Virus record (IMG/VR): IMGVR_UViG_3300032401_002140
Span: 1-55,833 of that record
Origin: a virus
Lineage: Duplodnaviria; Caudoviricetes
Strand: one strand, 5' to 3'
Length of the DNA: 55,833 bases
Positions 8,911 to 18,756 of this stretch are shown in pieces; position 1 is the stretch's first letter; each line of letters opens with the position of its first letter. The notes below the pieces were generated by a model. That model worked only from the letters and a program-made list of their open reading frames with translations. It was not told the origin of the DNA and ran no database searches. Made by a program: the position numbers and the translations under genes.

Positions 8911-9123
8911 TTATATCGAATCATGAGATTCATCCTTTTCTTTTGGTTTGGATCCGGAAAGATAACCGGTGGATTTGAGTTCTTTGGTAATAGTACGGAC
9001 AAGCCAATTATTTAATGATCGATCATCGGCTTTGGCAGCGATCTGTGCCCATTCATGTATCTCCCTAGGCAAACGAAGATCCGTATGAATGATATCTTTT
9101 TGAATTCCTTTGGGTCGGGTCAT
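8911..9123 (-). CDS. Ribbon-helix-helix (Arc/HicB-C-like) DNA-binding protein
   Basis: TDLRLPREIHEWAQIAAKADDRSLNNWLV pattern; coupled to recombinase gene. Confidence 0.75.
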   Translation of the reverse strand: MTRPKGIQKDIIHTDLRLPREIHEWAQIAAKADDRSLNNWLVRTITKELKSTGYLSGSKPKEKDESHDSI

Positions 9124-10070
9124 GCTACTTTGTTCCTTTCGGGTAATGGATTCAATTTTTCTAAAGCATTATACAACTTTTGGGTATCGGTGTGGGTATA
9201 AATCTGCGTGGTAGCGATGCTGGAATGGCCCAGGAGGGCTTGAATATCCAGGATGCTGATGTTCTTACCATGCCAGAGGGTCGCGCAGGTGTGACGCAAT
9301 TTGTGGGGGCTGATGTTTTTGGGAAGACCGATAGCGGCGCATTGTTTTTTAATGCGATCCCAGGCGGTCCAGGGTGTTAGGCGATGACCGGAATCGTTGA
9401 GGAGTAATGCCGGGGTGTCGGAGGTTGGCCGGATGTTGAGATATTCATAGATTACTTCGAGCAAATCCGGGAGGAGCGGGAGGAGACGTTGTTTGTTCCC
9501 TTTGCCGGTGATGAGTATGGTATGTGCGGAGAAGTCCAGGTCGGAGAGATTGATCCCTACCAGTTCGGATACCCGGAGACCGAGGTGCGCGAAGAGATTG
9601 ATGAGCAGATAGTCACAGCAACCCATAGCCGTGGTGCGGTCGGGATGATCCAGGAGCCGGTGGAGGTTTGGTTCGCTGAGATACACCGGCAGATGGTCGG
9701 GAATTTTGGGGGAGTCGAGGTCGAGCGTGGGGTCCTCGGGGATGTGGTGATGTTTGTTAAATGACTCACCATATTTTTTTATGTTATCAGCGATTCTTTG
9801 TTTTTTGATAAAAGCGAAGAACATCTTGAGGGAAGATATTTTCCGGCGGCGATCGTGCGGTCCAGAACCAGAGAGAGATGCTAGAAAGTCACGAAGGTGT
9901 TGCGCGGAAATCTTTTTCGCCGCGGAATTTACACCGGCGGATTCAAGATAGGAAAACAAACGGTTGAGATCGTGGCTATAGGCCGCGATGGTTTTGGGTG
10001 AATGGTTGAGTTCAGTTTTCAAATATCCCAGGAAGTCCGGGAGGTGTTCGTTTAAGGTTTTGTCTTTCAT
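9120..10070 (-). CDS. XerC/XerD-like tyrosine recombinase, copy A
   Basis: SAM-like N-domain (SPKTIAAY), GLRVSEL, GKGNKQR, SPHKLRHTCAT, LLGHSSIATTQIY. Confidence 0.93.
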   Translation of the reverse strand: MKDKTLNEHLPDFLGYLKTELNHSPKTIAAYSHDLNRLFSYLESAGVNSAAKKISAQHLRDFLASLSGSGPHDRRRKISSLKMFFAFIKKQRIADNIKKYGESFNKHHHIPEDPTLDLDSPKIPDHLPVYLSEPNLHRLLDHPDRTTAMGCCDYLLINLFAHLGLRVSELVGINLSDLDFSAHTILITGKGNKQRLLPLLPDLLEVIYEYLNIRPTSDTPALLLNDSGHRLTPWTAWDRIKKQCAAIGLPKNISPHKLRHTCATLWHGKNISILDIQALLGHSSIATTQIYTHTDTQKLYNALEKLNPLPERNKVA

Positions 10071-10109
10071 GTGGTGCTCCTTTCGGTAGATTAATATTAA
10101 TATGATAGT

Positions 10110-10138
10110 AGTCTAATAGCGTTTATAACGTTTGTCAA
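10110..10138 (-). promoter_or_regulatory. Sigma70-type promoter of recombinase A
   Basis: TTGACA-17 nt-TAGACT on - strand; spacer contains the imperfect palindrome cgttataaacg. Confidence 0.7.
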
Positions 10139-10213
10139 GTAAAAAAAATATCGAATTGATTTACCATATTTACAACCGGGGACTTCGTCATATATTGTAC
10201 CCACAAAAAGTCT

Positions 10214-10468
10214 TTAATCTCTGGTCTCCCGTTCCTTAAAAATTTCGTTTCCCCAATCATAAACAAATTGAGAAGCAGTTAGTGATCCAAAAAAATCATC
10301 AATGGCTTTGCGTATCTTTTTATCATCAGATTCGGGGAAACTAATTATATCTCCCGGGCCGTATTCGCGGCCATCAAATTTTGTTGCGAGTACCGGAAAT
10401 CCATAACGCGATCCCGATGTTTCGTTTGTTAGTTCGTACTCGCCCATATCGATTTTCATTTTTTTCAC
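10214..10468 (-). CDS. Hypothetical protein
   Basis: 84-aa ORF with RBS. Confidence 0.55.
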   Translation of the reverse strand: MKKMKIDMGEYELTNETSGSRYGFPVLATKFDGREYGPGDIISFPESDDKKIRKAIDDFFGSLTASQFVYDWGNEIFKERETRD

Positions 10469-10484
10469 CCTTTCTTTTTTAGTT

Positions 10485-11150
10485 TTAATCTACTGCATTT
10501 TTACAATATTCTAAGAAATTATCTTTCATCTCCTGTACAACTTTTTGGGAATCTTCGCCTTTTTCAATTCGTTCCATTGCCATTTTACCCTCTCCGGATT
10601 TAACATAATTATCTGAGTAATAATAGTCTTCGGCGATCAAATAATCGGCGGCTTTTGGATATTGGATTCTAAGTGATTTCAAATCCGATTTAATTCCCAC
10701 CGGTGGTTGGCACCCATCATTATCTTCATTTTCCATCATCCGAGCAAATTGATGGTGATAATTATCGATTTCATCCCGTGCATTTTCCAATTCTTTTAAT
10801 CCGGGGATGGATTGATATTTCTTATTGATTTCTTGCTGGATTTTTAAACTTTCTTCTGCTTTGATTTTATTTATTTCAGAAACCAAATAATCCCCTACTT
10901 CTTTTGGGAGTCCGATGAATCCCCACATCATCCAGTTTTCTTCTTCCCACCGGCTGCCGATTTTAGTTTTTTCTACCGGGCCACATTTTCGTAGATCCCC
11001 GGAAAATACCGGAATTGATTTTCCATTGATCAAAACATCCGGTAAATTTTGGCCATCTTTTTTAATGATTTCTATTACCCTACCTCTGATGGTGTTTTTC
11101 ATATTATTCTCCTTTTGTATATATTGTATGTGTTTTTGTCCGTTTGTCAA
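10485..11150 (-). CDS. Hypothetical protein (probable start 11102)
   Basis: AGGAG SD before MKNTIRG; helical, charged. Confidence 0.65.
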   Translation of the reverse strand: MTNGQKHIQYIQKENNMKNTIRGRVIEIIKKDGQNLPDVLINGKSIPVFSGDLRKCGPVEKTKIGSRWEEENWMMWGFIGLPKEVGDYLVSEINKIKAEESLKIQQEINKKYQSIPGLKELENARDEIDNYHHQFARMMENEDNDGCQPPVGIKSDLKSLRIQYPKAADYLIAEDYYYSDNYVKSGEGKMAMERIEKGEDSQKVVQEMKDNFLEYCKNAVD

Positions 11151-11361
11151 TTTTTTATTTCCGGTCCGGGTTGCCCGGAAGTTATTTTTTCAACGGGGAT
11201 TTTTAAATCATTCAAATCACCTCCTATCGCGGAATATTTTTTATCAAGATATTTTTCAGCTTTATCAGTATTTTCTTTTATTAAAATAGTATTGATTTTA
11301 TTCATTTTATCGTTTGCTTTCTGTTTATCAGATACCGTTTATATAATATTATAATAATATT

Positions 11362-11390
11362 ATTTTAACAGTGTTTAACATGAATGTCAA
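11362..11390 (-). promoter_or_regulatory. Sigma70-type promoter
   Basis: TTGACA-17 nt-TAAAAT with upstream AT-rich UP-like tract. Confidence 0.7.
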
Positions 11391-11756
11391 GAAAAAAATT
11401 ATAAAAAATAATATTTTTATATATCATTGATTTATATTATGTTATAAAACTGTAATTCAATTCAATCATCATATTGTTATTTAATATTTATTGATCTGAT
11501 TAATTAATATATTGATACTAGCGGGTTGGGGGAATTGGGGAAGGAAATATTTTGAGAAAGTAGAATAGTGGATGGATTTTAAGAAGTAGAATAGGGGTAT
11601 GAGAGTTGAAGTTATATAATAATGATAGAGTACCTTTGGAAGTCAAGACAGGAATTGATAGGGAATGGATGGAAGGATAACCGGATGAGAGTATTTATTA
11701 TATATTGATGGGAAGTAGTTGGAGGGATGGGAGGAGTGGGAGTTCCTTTGAAAATA

Positions 11757-11856
11757 AGGGAGGGTCAGGAAAGATAGGGGATGGTCAGGAGGGTTTATAA
11801 AAGGGAGGGTCAGGAAAGATAGGGGATGGTCAGGAGGGTTTATAAAAGGGATGGTC
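11757..11856 (+). repeat. 45-bp tandem repeat (two full copies plus a partial) in a G-rich non-coding region
   Basis: agggagggtcaggaaagataggggatggtcaggagggtttataaa at 11757-11801 and 11802-11846. Confidence 0.9.
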
Positions 11857-12551
11857 TAGAATGATGAGGGAGATTATACAAGTTATAGTGAGGAGTTGAT
11901 GGGTGAGGTTGTCATATATAGTCTAACCGATGGGGAGGGGATGGGATGGGTCAGGAGGGAGGGGATGGGGTGAGGGGTTGAAAAGTACCATCCAATTAAA
12001 TATATGTTTAATTGGGTTGATTTATAAATGATTGATTTTATTTTAGTTACAATAATTGATAGATAATAAAATGGCATAAAATCAGGGGTTGACGGCCGGA
12101 TGGGGTCAAAAAGGTAGGGGTTTGAAACCCCCCCCGATTCTGGCGGGCGCAGATGAAATTTTGCGCGGCTTTTCATGGGGTAAAGAGATTTAGTATAGCA
12201 GGTTTTTTAAGAAAGGGGTTAAGTAATAGTTTCTAGTTTCTGTTTCCTAGTTTCTAATTATTGAATAGGGATTCTTTGCGGTGCTCAAAATGACGGGAAT
12301 AGGGGTAGGATAGGGTGATTTTGGTGGCGGTAAAAAGAGTTCCGAGGAAGGTGTTAGATTACATTACGGGTGACGATCGTCGTTTATAGGTCATCCTGGT
12401 GAGGAATTTTTTAGGAGATAGGTGATAGAAATTAGGAGTTAGGGAAAATGGCGGGAAAAAGGTTCCGGGGACGTAGAAGGGGGGTAACGTCCCCGGGTAT
12501 GGCTTATATATTTCCCATCCTATTAGGCTGTCAGAGCCAAATAGTCAGGAC

Positions 12552-12959
12552 CTATAAGCCAAAGGTTTTAAGATCGGGTTTGGGAGAGAGCCAATTACCA
12601 ATGATAATCATATCCGGAGGTGGAGTATAATATAGAAATCCCTGGAATCCGCGATAGAAAATCGGTTTAATCCAGTTCCAGGTATTAGCATTCATCAAGA
12701 TATAATGACCCGGTGGCCAGATCCGGAAGGTTACATCGCAATATACCTTATCATAATAATTGGCGATGCAATGGATGATACAGAATCCCCGGATAAAATT
12801 CTCTTCGGTATAGAAGATGCGGGATTTACCCGGGATGATTTGTTTAGGGATGGATGGGAGTTTACGAAAATAGATCCCGCTGTGGGTCCGGATGACTTCT
12901 TCAGCTTCCCTGGCACTGTTGGCGATTTCGGATTTAGGTGTCGTGACGATGATATCCAT
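12552..12959 (-). CDS. ASCH/PUA-like domain protein
   Basis: IPG.SRIFY...IRGF core and C-terminal PI..RGFQGFLY motif. Confidence 0.55.
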   Translation of the reverse strand: MDIIVTTPKSEIANSAREAEEVIRTHSGIYFRKLPSIPKQIIPGKSRIFYTEENFIRGFCIIHCIANYYDKVYCDVTFRIWPPGHYILMNANTWNWIKPIFYRGFQGFLYYTPPPDMIIIGNWLSPKPDLKTFGL

Positions 12960-12998
12960 TTTAAAAATAGTTTCGAGTTTCTAGTTTAAAGTTTAAAG

Positions 12999-13472
12999 TT
13001 ATTTAATTTTGATTACGAGTTTATTGTTTTCGATGATGGCGCGGACTTTATAGGGTTTTTTATCTTCCAGTGCTTTTTTAATCTGCTCTTCGATAGATCC
13101 CCAAGAGTTATAGCGATAGACAATTTCCTTGGCCAATACAGCGGATTTGGCATCATTTTCCGGAGTCATTAGATTGATATCGTTACGATTTACGGAAATC
13201 ACTTTAATACCTTTATCATCCTGGATACATCGTTCCACATAGGGGATAACTGATAAATACAATGGTAAATTCATGTAATTGCCCTCTTTCTTTCGGATAT
13301 TATTTAAATCGGATTGAATCCAATTTTTAATAGTTTTAGAGATTGATTGATTATTTTTTTTCGATATTTTCTGGATCTTTTGATAATCCTGAGATAGGAC
13401 CACGGTAGAAATTTGAATTTTAGGATTTAGAACTGAATCCTTATTAAAACTACCGGGAAGCCGTGGGGACAT
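12999..13472 (-). CDS. Hypothetical protein with N-terminal RHH-like segment
   Basis: ISTVVLSQDYQKIQKISKKNNQSISKTIKNWI. Confidence 0.5.
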   Translation of the reverse strand: MSPRLPGSFNKDSVLNPKIQISTVVLSQDYQKIQKISKKNNQSISKTIKNWIQSDLNNIRKKEGNYMNLPLYLSVIPYVERCIQDDKGIKVISVNRNDINLMTPENDAKSAVLAKEIVYRYNSWGSIEEQIKKALEDKKPYKVRAIIENNKLVIKIK

Positions 13473-13674
13473 TTAACTCCTTTCGGGAATAGATTTGAGA
13501 ATAAATAATATTTCTAATGCATTCAGAAAGATAGATATTTTGTTGATTGGAAAAGGATTGAATTTGTTCATAAGAATCCAAGGGGATATAAGAAGTAACG
13601 ATCTTGGTTGCGATATGGATATCCCTAGTATTTGGTTTACCGCGTCGTATTTTCATTTCAATCTCCTTATTCAA
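13450..13674 (-). CDS. Small RHH-like protein
   Basis: VTSYIPLDSYEQIQSFS...LSECIRNII. Confidence 0.45.
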   Translation of the reverse strand: MNKEIEMKIRRGKPNTRDIHIATKIVTSYIPLDSYEQIQSFSNQQNIYLSECIRNIIYSQIYSRKELNVPTASR

Positions 13675-13683
13675 GTTTCGCAG

Positions 13684-13887
13684 TTATTGATTTTGAGTGA
13701 CTAATCTAGCCACTTCTCTACCATTTCGATAATATACCCGGGTATGTTTTTCAAATTTTGATGGGGTAGAATTCTTAATTAAATTATTTATACTGGTTAC
13801 TTTATTATCGATATCCAGTAGGATTACCAATAACATAAAGATCATAAGAATTAACATAATCCAAACGGTTTTTTCGATTATGTTCAT
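13684..13887 (-). CDS. Small membrane protein
   Basis: N-terminal TM; AGGAG SD. Confidence 0.55.
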   Translation of the reverse strand: MNIIEKTVWIMLILMIFMLLVILLDIDNKVTSINNLIKNSTPSKFEKHTRVYYRNGREVARLVTQNQ

Positions 13888-13929
13888 AATTTGTTACTCC
13901 TTTCATTGAATCGGGATTCTTTGCGGTGC

Positions 13930-14226
13930 TCAAAATGACGGGAATAGGGGTAATTGATGGATCCGGCAATCTTTAAATGAACTCCAGCGATAAAAGAATT
14001 TGTACCAATATTTAAGATTGCCATGACCGGTACCATCGGGCGGATCAATATGGTCCAGGACTGCTTCCGCAATGAGGGTTTGTTTATTTTCATCGAAATA
14101 AAACTGAATTAGTTCACCCGGGTAGACATGGCCATGATAGGGAAGTGCAAAATATTTATATAAATATCCTTTCTTAGGCGGCTGGAATAAGAATTTCCGA
14201 TTGGGCGGATGGACAAATATTTTCAT
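13930..14226 (-). CDS. Hypothetical protein, possibly ASCH/EVE-like
   Basis: PGELIQFYF...IAEAVL pattern; coupled to dnaB stop. Confidence 0.45.
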   Translation of the reverse strand: MKIFVHPPNRKFLFQPPKKGYLYKYFALPYHGHVYPGELIQFYFDENKQTLIAEAVLDHIDPPDGTGHGNLKYWYKFFYRWSSFKDCRIHQLPLFPSF

Positions 14227-15641
14227 TATTCGACCTCTGAATTCGGGATATCCGAAGGAGGCTGGTATCCGGAGGATAATTCCAATTCGGTGAATTGGGT
14301 GATGTTTTTATTAAAGCGCATAGGGATAATGCCGGTAGGACCATTACGTTGTTTGGCGACAATGATCTCGACGATATCATCCATGCCGGTGAGAGGACCG
14401 GTAGCAGCCGGCGGGGGATGATGCAGGAAGATTATGACATCAGCATCCTGTTCCAAGGCACCGGTTTCTTTGAGGTCCGATAGTTTGGGCCGGGATTTGT
14501 CACCGCGTTTTTCAATTTCCCGATTCAGTTGACCGATGAGGATTACCGGAAGATGTAATTCCCGGGCTAATTTTTTTAGGTTACCGGAGATCTGGCGCAT
14601 TTCCTCCTGATGATTTTCAGCTTTGGAAGAACCGGTCATGAGACCGAAATAATCTATGATGATAGCTGCCAGATTAGGGAATTTCATTTTCATCCGACGG
14701 GCTTTTCCGCAAAGTTCCATAACCGAGATAGCCGGAGTATCGTCCACATTAATCGGCATGGCGCTGATTTTATTAGCAGATTCAAATAATTGTTCCATAT
14801 TATTTTGATTGATATACCCCATCCGGACTTTTTCGGAGGAGATTTGCGCATCGGTACAGAGGATCCGATACGCCACTTGATGTTTGGACATCTCGAGTGA
14901 AAAGAGCAGAACAGGAAATTGTTTGTTGCCCATATTGAATAACATGTTATGCGCCAGGGATGATTTGCCGATGGAGGGACGGGCGGCAATAATAATCAAA
15001 TCGGAATTTTGGAATCCCGCGGTCATATTATCGAGTTTATAATATCCGGAAGGGATCCCGGTGAGTTCACCTTTATGCGCATAGGCATGTTCAATGGATT
15101 CCATGACGCCTTTTTTTTGTACCAGGATATCAAAGATGGATTCAATTTGGGAGGTATCACAGGTGGATACGATATCGAATATACTTTGAAGGGATTGGCG
15201 ATTCAGGGTATCGATATTAATTTCCTGATCCAGGGCATTTTGCGCAATTTGTCCTGCAGCTTGAATAAACCGGCGGGCGATATATTTATCTTTGACGATA
15301 GTCGCATGATGGATGATATTGGATGTAGAGAGTACATTTTCGACTAGAGTAGTGAGATAAAAGGCGCCGCCGATCGCATCGAGTTTACCATGGGTGGATA
15401 AAGATTCGGTTAAGGTGACGATATCGACCGCGGTATTTTTTACGAAGAGATCTTTGATGGATCGATAAATAATAGCATGACCGGTGTGATAGAAGGCATA
15501 TTCATCCAAGAGTGTCATGATATCGTAGAACTTTTGATTATCCATGAGAATGGTTCCCAAGATCGACCGTTCGGCATCTTCATTATGCGGTAATACCTGG
15601 GGATTGATGGATGATAGGATATTTGATGGTTTTTTAGTCAT
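14226..15641 (-). CDS. dnaB: Replicative DNA helicase DnaB
   Basis: LPHNEDAERSILG, AARPSIGKS (Walker A), FSLEMS, IIIDYFGL, QLNRE, DLKETGALEQDAD, KQRNGPTG. Confidence 0.96.
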   Translation of the reverse strand: MTKKPSNILSSINPQVLPHNEDAERSILGTILMDNQKFYDIMTLLDEYAFYHTGHAIIYRSIKDLFVKNTAVDIVTLTESLSTHGKLDAIGGAFYLTTLVENVLSTSNIIHHATIVKDKYIARRFIQAAGQIAQNALDQEINIDTLNRQSLQSIFDIVSTCDTSQIESIFDILVQKKGVMESIEHAYAHKGELTGIPSGYYKLDNMTAGFQNSDLIIIAARPSIGKSSLAHNMLFNMGNKQFPVLLFSLEMSKHQVAYRILCTDAQISSEKVRMGYINQNNMEQLFESANKISAMPINVDDTPAISVMELCGKARRMKMKFPNLAAIIIDYFGLMTGSSKAENHQEEMRQISGNLKKLARELHLPVILIGQLNREIEKRGDKSRPKLSDLKETGALEQDADVIIFLHHPPPAATGPLTGMDDIVEIIVAKQRNGPTGIIPMRFNKNITQFTELELSSGYQPPSDIPNSEVE

Positions 15642-15653
15642 GATAAATTTGGA

Positions 15654-15884
15654 TTAAAGATATCCCCGTTTGCGAATTAAATAAGAATGATAATCACGAA
15701 TTTTTTTCTTGCGGGAACGATATTTTATTTTACCCAACCGTTCGCGCATCCCGGTACAGATTTGGATTTTATCGGATACACCTGAAACTACAATCGATAA
15801 TTTCGGTCCGAATTTCATCGCATCCAAGATGGACCGGACCTTGGATAAAAAGAACATACGGGTATATTTTCTTTGGGATTTCAT
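15654..15884 (-). CDS. Small basic hypothetical protein
   Basis: 76 aa, coupled to neighbours. Confidence 0.45.
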   Translation of the reverse strand: MKSQRKYTRMFFLSKVRSILDAMKFGPKLSIVVSGVSDKIQICTGMRERLGKIKYRSRKKKIRDYHSYLIRKRGYL

Positions 15885-16453
15885 TACATTCTCCTTCGGA
15901 ATTGGGGATGATTATCATGATTGATATATTTATAATTGGTTAAGAGATGAAAGGCATTGAGGAATGCGGTTTCAGCTTGATGCGGGGTGAATGGGACAAT
16001 GGTTTTAAGCAGGGGTTCGCATCCTTCACAATCGAAAGTATCCGGATGCGGCATGAGATCGCGGGCTTCGGTTGCCAGGAGTATTTTATCCGGGATATGG
16101 ATCTGGGATTGATGATAAGGGGGAAGATTATATTTCATGGAAAGGGCATTTAAAATATTAAATTCCATAACGGATATTTCCGGGAATAGGAATTTAACCG
16201 GGGAGGGGATATCCGGAAGATAGGCTTCTGCAGAGTCATGGAGTAATGCCCAGAGTTTATGACATTGAATCGAAACCATAGAGACTCGTACGGAATGTTC
16301 GGCGACGGAATAAAAGGTTTTACAATGGCCATTGAACCGGCATTTTAGACTGAGGGCATGAGCGATATCGCGGATATCGATGATTTGGAAATCCGGATAT
16401 TGGATATCGAAATGTTGGCCGGTGAAAGTTTGAATGCAATTTATCATAATCAT
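15884..16453 (-). CDS. HD-domain phosphohydrolase (YfbR-like 5'-deoxynucleotidase family)
   Basis: DIAHALS..CRFNGH, YSVAEHS, LLHDSAEAYLPDIPSPVK. Confidence 0.88.
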   Translation of the reverse strand: MIMINCIQTFTGQHFDIQYPDFQIIDIRDIAHALSLKCRFNGHCKTFYSVAEHSVRVSMVSIQCHKLWALLHDSAEAYLPDIPSPVKFLFPEISVMEFNILNALSMKYNLPPYHQSQIHIPDKILLATEARDLMPHPDTFDCEGCEPLLKTIVPFTPHQAETAFLNAFHLLTNYKYINHDNHPQFRRRM

Positions 16454-16680
16454 CAGTTTCTAGTTTCTAGTTTCCGGTTTCTAGTTTTCCTAGAGGATCG
16501 GATTAATAACCGGATAGCTTTCCGCAAACGACTATAATCGGATAACCGCGGAGAAACCGCGATAAATTTGTGATAGGTCCGGCGTGAGATTGCGGTCGAT
16601 ACATGAATAGGGAATCGAGGTGCGCTCATGTTATTCTTCCGATACTCCCAGAAGGGCTTTACCGGCGGGTAATAGTTCAT
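16453..16680 (-). CDS. Small hypothetical, possibly RHH-like; C-terminus encoded by heptamer repeat
   Basis: Coupled ORF; KTRNRKLETRN tail comes from the (agtttct)n tract. Confidence 0.4.
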   Translation of the reverse strand: MNYYPPVKPFWEYRKNNMSAPRFPIHVSTAISRRTYHKFIAVSPRLSDYSRLRKAIRLLIRSSRKTRNRKLETRN

Positions 16681-17137
16681 AGCCCTGATCGGTTTTAGTG
16701 AAGTAATTCTTTTTACTACATAAGGTTACTGCAACTAAAGAATCCGGTCTCTTGGATTGGAAATGAAAATGTAATTTATTTAATTCTCGATGAATATCTC
16801 TACCTCTCATGGGCATATCGGATTGATGTAATACTTTACAAATGGCAAATATTAATTTTTGGGCATTCTTTTTATAATCAGATTTTGGGGTACGGGGTTT
16901 TGATGGTTTATTGAATTGGGATTCTTCGCTGCGCTCAGAATGACAAGAAGAAGGTTTGGGGGCTATGGTACCTTGTGAATCTAATTTTAAAATATCGATC
17001 GTGCGGTTCAGAGCCTGATAATTTTCTTTGGCCGGCTGGATATTTTCCTGAATCAGGATGATCTTTTTTTCACCCTCATCCACGATATTTTTAAAATAGA
17101 GTAGTAACGATTCAATCTTTTCGGTCGAGATTTTCAT
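16631..17137 (-). CDS. Coiled-coil plus winged-helix (HARE-HTH-like) protein
   Basis: ICKVLHQSDMPMRGRDIHREL...PDSLVAVTL...YFTKTDQGYEL; in-frame repeat insertion. Confidence 0.6.
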   Translation of the reverse strand: MKISTEKIESLLLYFKNIVDEGEKKIILIQENIQPAKENYQALNRTIDILKLDSQGTIAPKPSSCHSERSEESQFNKPSKPRTPKSDYKKNAQKLIFAICKVLHQSDMPMRGRDIHRELNKLHFHFQSKRPDSLVAVTLCSKKNYFTKTDQGYELLPAGKALLGVSEE

Positions 17138-18756
17138 GATTGTTTTCCTTTCTTGGCGGAATTGGTATTTTTGATTTGTTGGATATGATGTTGGAGTTCT
17201 TGTTTATAATTAAGATTTAACGCCTGACAAATCCCCTGGGTGATATACATATGTTTATCGTAATAACAGTTCTCTTTTTCAAGCAATAAAAAGTAGAATT
17301 GGATAGCGCATTGCAATTCTGGAATCGAAGCCTTAGTGATGTAATCCAGCAGAATTTTATCTTCATTCTTGATCTCTTTTTTTTGAGCAATGATCTGCGC
17401 GAATTTCTTTGTTATAGAATAATTGCCATGTACAATAATTTTCTGAGCGATCAATTTCCAATCCCAAAACTTTTGTTGTTTAACTTTCTCCATAAGGGAT
17501 TCGATGAGTTTGGATTTAGCGAGTTCTTTGATTCTATTTTCTTTTTGATGTTGTTTTTCTTGATCCGATCGGGAATAAGAATCGCTCGACCATTTTTCTT
17601 TTTTAGCCAGGTCCCGGATTAAGGGATCCGCGACTTTTTGGGGTAACAGTTCATGGATAGCGCCTTGATCATCCACGGCGACCAGAGGGATAATCTTAAT
17701 TTCATCCTTACTCGGGATTTCCTGCATACGTTTCATCAATGCTTTAACCGGATTAGAATCAAAATGGATCAGATGGTCTTTAAGCAGGTTGCGATAATTC
17801 CGAGATTTATCGTCGGAATAACAGCGGTCGTTCAAATCGATATAATGGGAATCGCGCAATTGGCCGTTATAGAAACGGTCTTTATTCGGCGGGAGAATGG
17901 TATGCCCTTGCTTTTCCGCGGCGGCCAATTGTAGTGCGGTATTCTCTTGCACTTTTTGTTCATAACATCCCGGGTCCGTACAGACGTCTGTACTGGTGAT
18001 GTCGGGATAGAGGTTTTGTAGGTTCCCGGTACGTTTGGGACAGGTCATACAAGGACCGGCAGAGGGTAGAATCTTGGGATCAGTTTGGGAAAAGGAAGAG
18101 TCTTTCAACCGGATCATATAATCTTCTTCGATATGTTCTTTGGCTTCGCGATAGGTCATGGGGAAATGATTGCCGGTGTTCGGTTCCCAATCTCCCTCCT
18201 CGAGGATTTCTTTACAGGCTTTGGTTTGAGCGATGGGGTCGGGGATCCGGGCGATCAGCAAAGCCACGGAAGCGGATAGGGCACCTTTGAATAATTCTTT
18301 TTTGATTTTTTCCGGGAGGGTTGCTAATTTAATCCGGCCATAAACATGGGCGCGGGATTTCCCGACCCGTTCGGCGATTTGGTCCACGGTTAATTTTTTA
18401 TGATCTTGCAGGATGCGATAGGTATCGCCTTCTTCGATTTCGGTAATATCCTGGCGTTTAATATTTTCCGCCAGCTGCAGGTCGAGCGCCTGGTCATCGG
18501 ACATATCGCGGATGATACACTCGAGGGAATCGAGATTAACGAGTTTGGCGGCCCGGAGGCGACGTTCACCGACCTCCAATTCAAAGGTACCGGTGGGACT
18601 ATGATCTTTACCCAAGGCTCGAACCAGGATAGGTTGTGCGAGTCCGATGGATTTGATGGAATCCGCCAATTCTTTTAGTTTGGCAACATCAAAATATTTC
18701 CGCGGGTTATTTTTGGAGGATTGAATATGAGATAATTTAATAAGGGTGGCGTTCAT
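17134..18756 (-). CDS. ParB/RepB/Spo0J-family protein
   Basis: NPRKYFD, LADSIKSIGLAQPILVR, GERRLRAA, ENIKRQDI, HTH; CxxC...CxxxxC Zn-like region. Confidence 0.9.
   Translation of the reverse strand: MNATLIKLSHIQSSKNNPRKYFDVAKLKELADSIKSIGLAQPILVRALGKDHSPTGTFELEVGERRLRAAKLVNLDSLECIIRDMSDDQALDLQLAENIKRQDITEIEEGDTYRILQDHKKLTVDQIAERVGKSRAHVYGRIKLATLPEKIKKELFKGALSASVALLIARIPDPIAQTKACKEILEEGDWEPNTGNHFPMTYREAKEHIEEDYMIRLKDSSFSQTDPKILPSAGPCMTCPKRTGNLQNLYPDITSTDVCTDPGCYEQKVQENTALQLAAAEKQGHTILPPNKDRFYNGQLRDSHYIDLNDRCYSDDKSRNYRNLLKDHLIHFDSNPVKALMKRMQEIPSKDEIKIIPLVAVDDQGAIHELLPQKVADPLIRDLAKKEKWSSDSYSRSDQEKQHQKENRIKELAKSKLIESLMEKVKQQKFWDWKLIAQKIIVHGNYSITKKFAQIIAQKKEIKNEDKILLDYITKASIPELQCAIQFYFLLLEKENCYYDKHMYITQGICQALNLNYKQELQHHIQQIKNTNSAKKGKQS

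Noticed and set aside
10159-10186. dif-like site near recombinase A (ATTTACCATAT resembles a XerD arm)
   Set aside because: The other arm does not resemble a XerC arm or form a dyad; too weak to call
11883-12176. 97-aa Pro/Ser-rich ORF in the control region
   Set aside because: Low-complexity by-product of G-runs on the opposite strand
15884-16453. Z-genome (2-aminoadenine) pathway via a DatZ-like HD enzyme
   Set aside because: No PurZ, MazZ or phage DNA polymerase recognised
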